This document shows, piece by piece, positions 17,627 through 28,839 of a DNA stretch of 64,000 nucleotides. Origin of the DNA: a virus. The stretch spans positions 64,001-128,000 of the IMG/VR virus record IMGVR_UViG_3300032286_000710, one strand, 5' to 3'. The notes under the pieces were generated by a model. The model made no database searches and was not told the DNA's origin. It saw nothing but the letters and a program-made list of their open reading frames with translations. The translations under genes and the position numbers were made by a program. Positions within the stretch are counted from its first letter, which is position 1, and each line of letters opens with the position of its first letter.

Positions 17627-20600
17627 TATTTACCTCTTACTTGTAAGTTAAGATTGTCGTTGAGACTTCCTATCCCGCTAGGTGCAAATAGATTTAGAGA
17701 AGATGTGATTCCAGAGGGACTTTCTATGAATAGATTTAGTCCAGATGGAGAGGTAGAAACCACATCTGTCATGACGCTACCGTACAATCCTAATGTATTA
17801 TACACATAAGCTGAATTTTCAACATCTATAAATAGGTTGATTTGTGAGCTTGGGGGCGGGTTTTGCCCTTCACAAAACAAAATCATGCCATTTTCTAGAA
17901 TTTGACCATACTGGTACTGACCGATAATAGATTCAATATATGGCCTATGAGATATAAAACCTCTTGTTGATGGATCTTGCCCTGATACTTCAACGAAAAT
18001 TTCACCATCTGAGTTAGAAACCACTACTCCGCTACCATAGTATGAGATATTATTACCACTATTACTAAATCTTAAGTTTACTATATGATCATCACCTGAC
18101 CATGTATCGCCAAATACCTTTGCGTCTATCCATGCACCAGAATTAGCCAGAGATGGTCGCTGCTTTCTTAACATTATATCTTTAGAGTATGCTGCCCCGA
18201 TATTTAGTATGCCGTCGCCAGAAGCTGTATAACATCCGGCAAATATTGTATAATCAGCATCACTTCTATAGGGTCTAGATAGGTATACATTACTACCAAA
18301 TCTTTCAGAAATTGATAGAGATCCACTTGGAACCTTTGGAGATGGTAAAATCTTTTCTATCAGCTTCCATCCCTGTTTCTTGTTTTCCCAATCAGTAATT
18401 TTATTTTCATAAACATAAATCGCTCCGGTATTCTTACCATAAATACCATCACTATTTAGTGTTGCTCTAACTCCAGAATATCCTAAATCACTAACATTAT
18501 AAGTTGGTATATCAAACTGTGGGTTGAAGTTCTTTCGTGCAAACGAGCCACTATTAAACACAACCCCATAGTAATTTCCATAATCATGATTTGGGGAGCC
18601 AACAATTATAGTATCATTTTGCATAGCAACAGAATGACCAAAGTGATCTGATAATGTATTAACTCCGCTTAGTTGTCCCATTAATGATTGTGGTCTAAAT
18701 TTCCTAGAGCATGTCCAAGAATCTTCGCTAGGCTTTTCAAACATATAGACTGAGCCAGCACCACCATCATACCCAAGACGTAATTGCAATCCACTTGACC
18801 AAGGTGTAATACTTTCAGAACCAAATGCAGAGAATGGAGAACCAACAAGAATCTTTTCTCCTCTTACACATACTGAATATCCGAATAAATCACCGCGATA
18901 TCCAGATGGCAATTTGTCTAGATCTAAATAATCGTAACCTTTATCTTTTAATAGCTGTGGTAATCCACCAGCAATAGTAGCGTCAGAATACATAATGCCA
19001 TCTACAATACCACTAAATCTAGCGGTAGACGCGCTACTTATTTGACTACTCAAGAATCCACTTATAAATTGATTTTTAATTTCAAGTATTTTCTTTTCTT
19101 CTGTTTCGTCTTTCCAAGGAATATCTGGACGAGTTACATACTTAGGATCATATTGTGATTCATATTGGTTAATAGTAGATAGTGCTACTGTTCCAGCATT
19201 ACCAAAATTGACATTAAGACCACTTAAAGCACCCTGACCAAAGTATTTACTTGGACTTCCACGTTCTGGAGAAATTAATTTCTTGTATTTATCAAATTGT
19301 CTACCATATGTTGTTGATGGGAAATTTGTTTCTGGATATAAACTTCTGATAAAAGTGAGAGTATCTACTGGTATTACTCCACCTTCATCTGCCACATATC
19401 TACCCTGTAATATACTAGAGTCTGTTATAACAGTAATTCTTGATCTAGCAACACCAACATTAAATGGTGAGAGTATTTCTACTTCTTGTGCCGCCACAAC
19501 TGGACCATCATCTATAAGTTGACCACCAAGCCCCTTGGCTAAACACTTATCTGAACAGTACTTGGTATTATCTGTGCTTATTGGTCTAATTAGTTGAACA
19601 GTTTCTGTAAAAGCTGGTTCTTCTTCAGATATCTTAACTGTCTCAAATTGATTTGTTGGAATTTGCGATCCAACTACAGTATTAGATTGATAAACTGGAA
19701 TTAATACTCCAGATATACCCATTAATTTAGTTGTCTTGGGAATAAATTGGGAACCAATTGCAAATCTCTGAATGGCGCAAGAGATATAAACATTTATATT
19801 ATCTACACCACTGCTAACCTGTAAATCAATAGTTTTTGTTGCAGTCCCTTCGCATCTGGCAGTCGGAACACCATTTTCAATTAATTTGTAAGGGGTAACT
19901 TCTCCATCACTATTTAACTCATTCACTTGAGAAGAAGCGTAGTCAATAGGATATGGTAAATTGGGAAGATATGTGGCATTTTCAATATCAATATCTAAAG
20001 GTGCAGTTTCTGATGATGTTTCAGATAGTGTTGTTATAAATAGTTTGTAGCCAGAGCAAGGAATAGCTGGAATAGATAGCTTTGTTACTCCAGCATTCAT
20101 GTCCCAATATATATTTGTATTTGTTTTTGGAACGTCATCATAAATTGGTTGATCATTATAGGCTACCCCTATGCCACCAGATGTTAGTTTTAACGGATAG
20201 AAAGTTACTCCAGCTGTGAAGTATTCGATCTTATTATTATTAAATTGTCCACCAGCTTGATGACCATCATTAATTTCAAAACCAGAATTGTTCTGTGCAT
20301 ACTGATCTAAGTATGTAAGGAAAACTGGCCCAACGGATACGCCGAGCTTAGAGCATAATGTTTGTGCGTTCTTAAGACTATCTAGATCATTACCACAAGT
20401 TATAATAAGTTTTTTATCTCCATAGGCTAACCAAGTTTTAATGTCGCCTAATTCTAGTGAAGATGGTTGACTAACTATATTTGCGACCCAAGCCACATTA
20501 AACACGTTAGTAAGACAAACTCTATCTGCTACTGTGAATGATGTATCAACATCTTCTACTACCTTATTTCCATTTCTGAATACAGTCTTCAACAACGAAT

Positions 20601-23600
20601 TAGCATATCCATCAGTGAAGCTTTTTCGCCCCGTCCAAGCACCGAGTTGGGCAATATCAGAATAGCCCTTAGTCTTTAGATTCTTTGATACTAGATTAGC
20701 ATAAAATTTAACATTTTGATCCCCTTGACCACTATATAACGCGGATTTAGATTCTGTTTCAACACCAGCCAAAATTATAATTTTAGATGTTGTTTTTGCG
20801 TATGAATGTTCAACACAATAGTAGTTCTTATCTGCTACAACTTCTTTAGATATATAGGGTGTTACATTTATCTTAGAAATTCCCTTGGCTTGTAATAAAC
20901 CTTCTTCTGGTTGATAGAATCTTCCTTCACTGATGCTGCTGCTAACATTTAGAGATAGGCCCGATGGAACAGTGCCAGAATCCCATATGAAATCTGGAAC
21001 TTGACTAACTGGGCTACCAAATGTATAGTATGGTGTGCTTGTATATACAGTTTCGTAAATTGGAAAGTTTTTATACTGTGCTGGAACTGCTGGGTAATTC
21101 ACATCATAAGTAACTTTCTCTGCCGCTGCCAATAATGGAATCGGTTCAAAATTAGCTTTTGGATTATCTGGGAATTCAGTATCACCACATGCGGGTTTAT
21201 ATGATCCAAATATGAAAGGCCAGTTATGACCGTATATTAATAATCCGCCGTTTGTGCAGCAAGATGCATTCCATTGAGATCTCAAATCACCGTAATGAAT
21301 AAGAGGCATTTCGCACCGTGACTGAATTTGTACTGTAGTTTGCTCGGGAGTACAATCACCAACTTCTTCGCATGGCATTATTTCTTTGTAGCCGGGATAA
21401 TAAATCTTGATATCAGCCACACCACTTCCTCTCAAAGAAGTTCTTTGAACATAAGTGGATGTAGAACCTTGTGGTATAAAAGATGGAATAATATTATTGA
21501 AAGTTGAGTATCCAACTGGTAAAGATTCATATTTACTTCTAGCTGGAACAATTCTCATGCGAGAGTTGAGTCTTTCAAGTAGCTTATTAAGAATGTCATT
21601 AGAGTTTTTGTATTTTCCAGCATCTTCCCAGATTGGATCATTTGCTACTAAAACTAAATTTCTATCTCCAAGTGCTAACCAATTATAAATATTATTGTAT
21701 ACTTCATCGCTTTCAGTTATTGCGTCCTCTTTTGGAGTAATAATGAATACTAATCCGGCTTCCTTTGGAATACTATTCTGAGCAAATTCTGTTTTAACAA
21801 AGTTTTTATCTTCAAAGATATCAGCTAAATAATGGAAATGACCAGAATCTGGAGTGTTATTACTATCAATTTCATGTAAATTTCCAAATCGCCCGTACTC
21901 TATAGCTTGATTATGTGGATAATACTTACGTGACTCAAATACATGAATTGATCCAGCATTAACGCTAGATGACCAAGATGATTTGACATTGTTTGGAACT
22001 ATACTATATGGATCATTATATCCAGTTGAATACTTACCACCATAGTTATAATAAATATTACTATCATTATATAGATTCAAACTATCTGTTGGTGCGCTAG
22101 CGACTACAACGCTACCATCTTCGTTAACGTCAACACTATAACCTAATCTTGAAGTTGGCGCGACAGCATCGGGAATAAATGACCAACTCCCATTTGGTTG
22201 CATACTGCTATAATCAAACGTATAGATATTTTGATATTCTTCTATACCAAGATCAACTCTAGACTTGAATTTATGTTCTGGTGTTAATGCCAGATATAAA
22301 GATTTAATATCTTCAGAATTTTTAATGGATTGATCGTATGAGTATAATGCAGGAGCGTATTTTTCTGGATAATTTCTAATCACCCAATCTGGTAGTAATG
22401 AATAGAACCTATCTCTTTCTTCTTCTTTTCTCTCGTACATTGTTACAGCTTGATTTATATATGGAGAACCAATTACTACTAATTCTCCATCATCGCTGAT
22501 GCTGACAGCGTGACCAAAACGATCTGGATTTGAATAAGTAACATTTGGAGATCTTATTTCTTGTATAAGATTCCAGTTGCCACTTTCTTTTTCAAAAATA
22601 TACGCTTTTCCGCCACTTTCTGGAGGAATATTGAAAGCCCCAAGATTAGTATTAAATGTTCCAACGCTAGCGGTTAAAAATCTAACTTGATTATTTTTTA
22701 CTAGGTTGCCGGTATCTAAAACTTCAGAAAGTATTGATGTGGACATTTCTACCCAATTTTCAGCATCATAAGTATCTGGAATATACTCAATTACTTGTCC
22801 AGATTCCTTTACTCCATTGAAATCTCTAAGCCCATTATCAAAACTATATTTCTTGTAAAAACTAATAAATTGATCAATAGCTGGCTCTAGAGAATCTCTT
22901 CCTAAAGAACTACTGTTATCTACATATAAACCAAGGATTGGAGGTATATTATTATGAATCTTAGTAGCGTCATAGGGGAAAGCTTCAAAGAAAGCATCTT
23001 TCATTCCACTTACAATAGCTTCTGTTTTTGTAAGATTTAATTCATACCCATCATTTCTACTTATAGAATTTAAAACCATGAAATCCGGTTTATCTGGAAA
23101 GCTTGGCGGAACAATATCTGGACTGTCAGCAATTGGTTGACAAATCATTAACTTAGTATTGAATTTAATTCTTGGATTGCCAAAGTAATTAAATATTATA
23201 TCTTTATCTTTTATGGCCTCAAGAACTTCTTCATATCCTATAGTTCTGAATGGTCTATTAGGAAGTGGTGCGTGAATTCTAGGTGTAAATTCATCTGTGA
23301 AAACCATTAATCCAATATTAACACCGGATGGTGGATTATTATCAAATATTCTTGGAGTCCATTTAGCACTTGGGCCACCGACAACAATTGTCTGACGAGA
23401 ATTCTCGCCTAATGACTTTTCATTTTTATTTACAGATAGATCTACTGAATGTCCGAACTGTCTTCCCTCTTGACCAACAAACCACTTTGTTTGAGTTGGT
23501 TTTAAGTTATACGATAGACCCAGATCTAGTTCTGATTGAGTATAGTAATCCTTCAACATGCCAGATGGTAATGTTAGGGCGGTTTCTAATACCCAAGGAG

Positions 23601-26600
23601 ACTTGTAATTATCCAAAGGCCAATTATATCCACTCGGTCTTTCTTGTCTTCTATATACAAATACAGTGCCAGCTTCTTGTAGTGTTAAGTTTGATCCAAC
23701 CCCACTATTATATACTATTGATCTTTTTGGTGATCCTATTGCTAGTAAATTATCTTTAGATGCAATTGATTTTCCAAATTCATCGCCAGAAGTTTTAGTA
23801 ACACTAGATAGTAATCTAAATCCACTGTAATCTGTTGAAACTTGATTGGTTTCATTTTTGTTATATTCTACTTCTACTATTTCTGTTGGTATATCTATAG
23901 GATTTGTAGAACCAGACTTGCCAGTTATATTGATAGAGTAGGGGAGGTTGGGAGCCAAACCTGTATATTTTCTAATTCCATAGAAGTGACCACTATATGG
24001 CATAATGTCATAAACAACTGTGTTGAGAGATGACTCAGTGGAGATGAAGTCATTACTTTCTGTAGAAAGTGTAAATAGGTTTTCTGTGGCTATATTAGTA
24101 GCTTCGTTTTGACTAATAGTATGTCTGAATGACCCACTAGGATAAGAAAGGTTTGTATATGTAGATTTAGCTCTGAATATACCGCCATCAACACAAACCT
24201 CTGGGTCATACCACTTTACTCCATGAATATCTACCACTGCTTCTGAGCATCTGTTGTTATAAGAGCAAGTTCCATAGCATAGTAAATCAACTCCACGAAT
24301 ATTATCGTCAGAATCAACATAAGCATAGCTATTATCTTGAACTGTTATATTTTGACCAACATTATCATGAGTCCACTTAATAGATGCACTACTGTTAGCA
24401 AGAGAATCAGATATTGGATAATTTACAGTATGTAAGCTTAAAGATCCAGAATCTACAACTCTACTAAAATCATCGCTCAATACAAACAGTGGGGTGTAGT
24501 TATTTATTTCAGTTGAAAATTCTTGTCCATATACATAGAATGGCATACTAGAATATGGGTAAAAATCTTGAGACTTAGATATTCCCCGAATAGCCAAGTT
24601 TATATATTCATTTTTAACAATATCATCTTGTACTAAAGTGCTTAAATTGACATATGATTCAGAATAGTATCCAGATCCATATATAGATAAGGGCATATTT
24701 GTTTCTGTCATGAATTGACCACTAACAGATAATCCTAATCCCTTTATTGGAGATGAGCCAAACATATCTCCAAATACTTGATCTTCTGTAGAAATTGATC
24801 CAATAGATATAGTATGCATAGTTAGATATGGACTATAGCAAGGATATCCGCTACTACCAACAAACATATTAAGACCAGATCCAATTGGTCCATTTCCACT
24901 AACAAATAGATTAACACCAGAGTAAATAATAGGCCCATTTTCTGGAGCAAATAGATTTAACTTTGATACTTGATATTGTTGACCGCTGGTAACTAAATTT
25001 AATTGACCACTTGATTTTTCACTAATATATATAGCATCGTCTAGCCGAACATTTGAACTATGTAATTTAATCAGTGATGAAAATGGTCTTCCAGATGGAT
25101 AAACTAAATCGTATTGCAAAAACATATCGTCTATGTCTTGAGAAAAATATTTTTCCTTAAATTCTTTTGTATACGATTCTTTATCAAATAAAGCCCAAGG
25201 CTCTGAATCATCTAACAAATCCGTAAAAGAGAATTTACTAGTAAGTTTTCTTATACATCCAGATGGTTCTAAATAATGAGTTGATCTATTTATTAAACCA
25301 AATGATTTACTTGGTCTATCGGCATTATCTTGAGTCTTGGCATATAAACTAACAATTAATTTGGGGCCAATTTTCCCATTTGGCCATACTATATCATTGC
25401 TTGTGTCATGCTCTACAATAGTATCAACACAAATAGCTTCTTCATTGAATTTATAACCCCGTGGCAATGTTTTAGATATTCTAGGAGCAATTGCATAGAA
25501 TCTATCTTTGTCAATAGTTGGAATATTAGATAGATTAAATCTTAAAAAATCATTTTCTATTTGAGTGTGATATGCAACTCCAGAAAGATTTACATTTGAC
25601 GGGAGTGGTAAATTAGTAATTTGACTATAACCAGAACCATTGTGCTTCAAATTAAAACTTAAGAAATCCTTGCTATCTCGCTTGGTGAAAAAATCAAAGT
25701 CTGGAGAGAATTGACATACTCTGAAGTCTCCAAGATGCCATAACGAAATGTCATCATCAACATATGAATATTGATTTGATCTTGCATTGGCTGAGAATAT
25801 ATTGTTAAAGTGCATCCTATGAGAAGAAAAGAACTCAGATGCTGTTAATTGATTTAAAAAGCCAAAAGCGTTTGGATTATATTCTACAATATTGCATCTA
25901 CCATTAGACCAGCCCACTTCATGCAAGAACATTGGCAACGGAGGGGATGCTGAATACTGATTTGAATAACCAATATAAGAAGTACCACCAGTTAATATTT
26001 TAGTTGATATTTGTGGCTGAGATGCCGCCCTCATATTATTGAATGATGTAGCTAACTCATTCTCTGTATACAATTTATATCGATAAGTATTATCATCATT
26101 ATATGTAATTAAGACGGATAATGGAAATTGATACTGACTTATATTTTGAGTATCACTTAGTGTAATAATATTGTCATTAGAGTCTTTAACTTTAAGTTTT
26201 AACACTCCGCTTTCATACACAAGAACAATTGACCAAGTTATATTATTTTCATAAGCAAAAATTAAATTATTATTTAATAGCGTATTTGTTACTTGGTCTG
26301 GAGTAAATCTAAGGAATAAAGTGAATCCAAAATTTTTAGAAGTATCTCCATAATTAGTAAATGAGTCATTATTTAATATGTATAGTTCTAATTGATCATC
26401 TGATGATATTCTAGCTGCTCTATCAAAAGCATCAAATATATTATCTTTCCAAGATATGGTTTTATATGGGGTTGTAGTAAGAGTAAAAAGCTGATTAGAA
26501 GAATATCTCCAGCCAAAATTAGATAAAATATTTAAATTGTTCTCTGTTTGACCAACAACAGTTCCGCTTGATGATAGGATATTGTCACCAACGACGTTTG

Positions 26601-28839
26601 TGAAATCTACATAAGAAGTTAGGAATGGGCTTAGTGAAGGAGTATGATTAAACGAAAGATCAAATTGTTTTGGATTAAAATAATCTCTACCAGAAAGAAC
26701 ATTTCCATCATTACCCCTCCATCGTCTGGAATAATTTGATTTTATATACTCTGGTGTTGTTAATCCTGTTAATACTCCGCTAAGTTTTACATTGGTGTTT
26801 ACCTGTGTTCCATTAACATTTGATGATGGTAATAGAGTAATATTTTTACGTAAAGCATTTTTATCTACCGGACTACCAAGAGTATGCATTTGAAGTGCAT
26901 TAGCAGGCTTATAATATACAACTAATTTGACACTGCAAATAGATGCCCCACTAGGAATAGGACAAATATCTAAATATAGATTTTCAAAAAGAGAACTAAT
27001 AGAGTATTTCTTATATCCAAGTTCATATGGATTTTGATAAATGTCTAGTGGGATAGTATATTCTTGGAAAGATGTACTATTAACCAGCGGGGTGCTATTA
27101 AGTATATAATGATCACCTTCTGGAGAAGAGTCTTTTTTAAAGTACTCGGATTGATCTGAAAGACTACTATCAGAAATACCAAATGTCTTATAGGTGTAAC
27201 CAGAGATATCTGGCACTGAATTAGTATCAAAAACTAGCGCACCGCTATTTTGTACAAATCCGCCAACTGCCTGTGTAACATTTAATAATTTATCATCACT
27301 GTATCCAACAACATCTATTGTATAGTCTGGAGTACCGGTAGCTTTTTTAGCAATTACTTTTAGTTCTAAACTGTCTATATCAAAGAAGTTATCGTTATCT
27401 AAATAATTTACAAGTTTGGCATCATTAAAGTCTTTACTGCCGCCAAAAGAGAATGCCCCATCTATATAATTGTCATAAGCTTCTCTGTCGGGCTTTGTAT
27501 TAAACTTTAATACTATTCTTCCACTATCTGAAACCGGGGAAGAATTTATTACAGTAATATAATCTCCAGTTAAGTCATTTCTAATTTTATTTAGTAAATG
27601 GGAAGCACCAGAAGATGCTGTGTTATCATAGTTTATGTTATTTGTAGTTGATCGCCAAATGCTGCTAGCCTGTGGATAAATACCATTATCAAAATTATAT
27701 GTTAATAGTTCAGTTGGAAGTAGTGTTCTCTTTTCTCGTTCAGATTTGTCTCTAACTTGAGAGTAAAAGTTTAGGTAACTATCACGAAGTATTCCAACAC
27801 CGCCACTGCTACCAATTTCAAGCGATGATATATTTAGGCTAATGAATGGATTGGGGCTTATATTATTTGGATTGATTATACACGATTGTTCGTAACCAGT
27901 ATCAAAATTGCTAGTAAATGGGTAAGCATTACAATCATATGCTATATTTAATGTAATAGTATAAGAACCGGCAGCATCCATCAATGGATATTTGCTGTCC
28001 CAAGTTGGTAGCAATAGATTATTAACTAGCGGTTTAGATAAATAGGTAGTATAATAAGTATCACCACGGATTAGCATATCTTCATATTGAATTATTAAAT
28101 TGCCGCTAGGATCTTCAAATTTAATATCATATATTTTATACTGTTGTGGTTTTCTTTGTATATAACTATCAAATGGTGCTGATGCTCTAATAGCTAAATA
28201 GCTTAGTTTAGCAACTGATACTGGCTTTGCAACGCGAAACTTATACTGAATATCACCAGAAGTAAAAATTGTAATAGTAAGAGCAAATGATTTTGAATCA
28301 TCAGATATAACAGATCCAACCTTGCCATTATCTACATAGTCTCCAGTAAAAACCCCCTCATCAATACTGCTATATATGTTAGTTGGATTAAATATATTAT
28401 TTTCAACTTTGTAGACATTTATACTAGTATTAGTAAGTTTACTTTTGAAAGAAATATCTTGAATAGGATATAGTTTTTCATAAGCTCTAAAGCCGGGTTT
28501 GTATCCAGCAAACTTATCTGTATAAGAACTCTTAAAATTTCCAGAAGAGGATATTCTTGAATTAACACCAAGGTTGGCGGTTGTATATCCCCTAATATTT
28601 CCAATGCCAAATTCAGAAAAATCTTCTTTGGGCGAGAAATCGACATTCTCATTAGCTAATAATTTAGCAGTACCAGATAGCGAGGTCTTTAGGTTTCTAT
28701 AAACACCTTCTTGTAATCTGATAGTTGCAATAGAAGAGGGTCTAGACGAAAGACCATGATTAAAAGATAAAGTTGCTAGCAGGCGACTATCAGCACCTAG
28801 CCTAGTCTTATCGTTTGTACTGCAAAGTAAAGAACTCAT
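17626..28839 (-). CDS. Giant tail protein with seven FG-GAP (integrin-alpha-like) repeats, a LamG-like segment and LNLF repeats
   Basis: EFGKSIA, QFGHSVD, RFGHAVS..VIGSP, RLGYSVD..ASAP, LFGYSVC..VGSP, HFGHSVA..VGSP, RFGSNVY; FTLFLRFTP LamG-like start; directly follows the TMP. Confidence 0.75.
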   Translation of the reverse strand: MSSLLCSTNDKTRLGADSRLLATLSFNHGLSSRPSSIATIRLQEGVYRNLKTSLSGTAKLLANENVDFSPKEDFSEFGIGNIRGYTTANLGVNSRISSSGNFKSSYTDKFAGYKPGFRAYEKLYPIQDISFKSKLTNTSINVYKVENNIFNPTNIYSSIDEGVFTGDYVDNGKVGSVISDDSKSFALTITIFTSGDIQYKFRVAKPVSVAKLSYLAIRASAPFDSYIQRKPQQYKIYDIKFEDPSGNLIIQYEDMLIRGDTYYTTYLSKPLVNNLLLPTWDSKYPLMDAAGSYTITLNIAYDCNAYPFTSNFDTGYEQSCIINPNNISPNPFISLNISSLEIGSSGGVGILRDSYLNFYSQVRDKSEREKRTLLPTELLTYNFDNGIYPQASSIWRSTTNNINYDNTASSGASHLLNKIRNDLTGDYITVINSSPVSDSGRIVLKFNTKPDREAYDNYIDGAFSFGGSKDFNDAKLVNYLDNDNFFDIDSLELKVIAKKATGTPDYTIDVVGYSDDKLLNVTQAVGGFVQNSGALVFDTNSVPDISGYTYKTFGISDSSLSDQSEYFKKDSSPEGDHYILNSTPLVNSTSFQEYTIPLDIYQNPYELGYKKYSISSLFENLYLDICPIPSGASICSVKLVVYYKPANALQMHTLGSPVDKNALRKNITLLPSSNVNGTQVNTNVKLSGVLTGLTTPEYIKSNYSRRWRGNDGNVLSGRDYFNPKQFDLSFNHTPSLSPFLTSYVDFTNVVGDNILSSSGTVVGQTENNLNILSNFGWRYSSNQLFTLTTTPYKTISWKDNIFDAFDRAARISSDDQLELYILNNDSFTNYGDTSKNFGFTLFLRFTPDQVTNTLLNNNLIFAYENNITWSIVLVYESGVLKLKVKDSNDNIITLSDTQNISQYQFPLSVLITYNDDNTYRYKLYTENELATSFNNMRAASQPQISTKILTGGTSYIGYSNQYSASPPLPMFLHEVGWSNGRCNIVEYNPNAFGFLNQLTASEFFSSHRMHFNNIFSANARSNQYSYVDDDISLWHLGDFRVCQFSPDFDFFTKRDSKDFLSFNLKHNGSGYSQITNLPLPSNVNLSGVAYHTQIENDFLRFNLSNIPTIDKDRFYAIAPRISKTLPRGYKFNEEAICVDTIVEHDTSNDIVWPNGKIGPKLIVSLYAKTQDNADRPSKSFGLINRSTHYLEPSGCIRKLTSKFSFTDLLDDSEPWALFDKESYTKEFKEKYFSQDIDDMFLQYDLVYPSGRPFSSLIKLHSSNVRLDDAIYISEKSSGQLNLVTSGQQYQVSKLNLFAPENGPIIYSGVNLFVSGNGPIGSGLNMFVGSSGYPCYSPYLTMHTISIGSISTEDQVFGDMFGSSPIKGLGLSVSGQFMTETNMPLSIYGSGYYSESYVNLSTLVQDDIVKNEYINLAIRGISKSQDFYPYSSMPFYVYGQEFSTEINNYTPLFVLSDDFSRVVDSGSLSLHTVNYPISDSLANSSASIKWTHDNVGQNITVQDNSYAYVDSDDNIRGVDLLCYGTCSYNNRCSEAVVDIHGVKWYDPEVCVDGGIFRAKSTYTNLSYPSGSFRHTISQNEATNIATENLFTLSTESNDFISTESSLNTVVYDIMPYSGHFYGIRKYTGLAPNLPYSINITGKSGSTNPIDIPTEIVEVEYNKNETNQVSTDYSGFRLLSSVTKTSGDEFGKSIASKDNLLAIGSPKRSIVYNSGVGSNLTLQEAGTVFVYRRQERPSGYNWPLDNYKSPWVLETALTLPSGMLKDYYTQSELDLGLSYNLKPTQTKWFVGQEGRQFGHSVDLSVNKNEKSLGENSRQTIVVGGPSAKWTPRIFDNNPPSGVNIGLMVFTDEFTPRIHAPLPNRPFRTIGYEEVLEAIKDKDIIFNYFGNPRIKFNTKLMICQPIADSPDIVPPSFPDKPDFMVLNSISRNDGYELNLTKTEAIVSGMKDAFFEAFPYDATKIHNNIPPILGLYVDNSSSLGRDSLEPAIDQFISFYKKYSFDNGLRDFNGVKESGQVIEYIPDTYDAENWVEMSTSILSEVLDTGNLVKNNQVRFLTASVGTFNTNLGAFNIPPESGGKAYIFEKESGNWNLIQEIRSPNVTYSNPDRFGHAVSISDDGELVVIGSPYINQAVTMYERKEEERDRFYSLLPDWVIRNYPEKYAPALYSYDQSIKNSEDIKSLYLALTPEHKFKSRVDLGIEEYQNIYTFDYSSMQPNGSWSFIPDAVAPTSRLGYSVDVNEDGSVVVASAPTDSLNLYNDSNIYYNYGGKYSTGYNDPYSIVPNNVKSSWSSSVNAGSIHVFESRKYYPHNQAIEYGRFGNLHEIDSNNTPDSGHFHYLADIFEDKNFVKTEFAQNSIPKEAGLVFIITPKEDAITESDEVYNNIYNWLALGDRNLVLVANDPIWEDAGKYKNSNDILNKLLERLNSRMRIVPARSKYESLPVGYSTFNNIIPSFIPQGSTSTYVQRTSLRGSGVADIKIYYPGYKEIMPCEEVGDCTPEQTTVQIQSRCEMPLIHYGDLRSQWNASCCTNGGLLIYGHNWPFIFGSYKPACGDTEFPDNPKANFEPIPLLAAAEKVTYDVNYPAVPAQYKNFPIYETVYTSTPYYTFGSPVSQVPDFIWDSGTVPSGLSLNVSSSISEGRFYQPEEGLLQAKGISKINVTPYISKEVVADKNYYCVEHSYAKTTSKIIILAGVETESKSALYSGQGDQNVKFYANLVSKNLKTKGYSDIAQLGAWTGRKSFTDGYANSLLKTVFRNGNKVVEDVDTSFTVADRVCLTNVFNVAWVANIVSQPSSLELGDIKTWLAYGDKKLIITCGNDLDSLKNAQTLCSKLGVSVGPVFLTYLDQYAQNNSGFEINDGHQAGGQFNNNKIEYFTAGVTFYPLKLTSGGIGVAYNDQPIYDDVPKTNTNIYWDMNAGVTKLSIPAIPCSGYKLFITTLSETSSETAPLDIDIENATYLPNLPYPIDYASSQVNELNSDGEVTPYKLIENGVPTARCEGTATKTIDLQVSSGVDNINVYISCAIQRFAIGSQFIPKTTKLMGISGVLIPVYQSNTVVGSQIPTNQFETVKISEEEPAFTETVQLIRPISTDNTKYCSDKCLAKGLGGQLIDDGPVVAAQEVEILSPFNVGVARSRITVITDSSILQGRYVADEGGVIPVDTLTFIRSLYPETNFPSTTYGRQFDKYKKLISPERGSPSKYFGQGALSGLNVNFGNAGTVALSTINQYESQYDPKYVTRPDIPWKDETEEKKILEIKNQFISGFLSSQISSASTARFSGIVDGIMYSDATIAGGLPQLLKDKGYDYLDLDKLPSGYRGDLFGYSVCVRGEKILVGSPFSAFGSESITPWSSGLQLRLGYDGGAGSVYMFEKPSEDSWTCSRKFRPQSLMGQLSGVNTLSDHFGHSVAMQNDTIIVGSPNHDYGNYYGVVFNSGSFARKNFNPQFDIPTYNVSDLGYSGVRATLNSDGIYGKNTGAIYVYENKITDWENKKQGWKLIEKILPSPKVPSGSLSISERFGSNVYLSRPYRSDADYTIFAGCYTASGDGILNIGAAYSKDIMLRKQRPSLANSGAWIDAKVFGDTWSGDDHIVNLRFSNSGNNISYYGSGVVVSNSDGEIFVEVSGQDPSTRGFISHRPYIESIIGQYQYGQILENGMILFCEGQNPPPSSQINLFIDVENSAYVYNTLGLYGSVMTDVVSTSPSGLNLFIESPSGITSSLNLFAPSGIGSLNDNLNLQVRGK

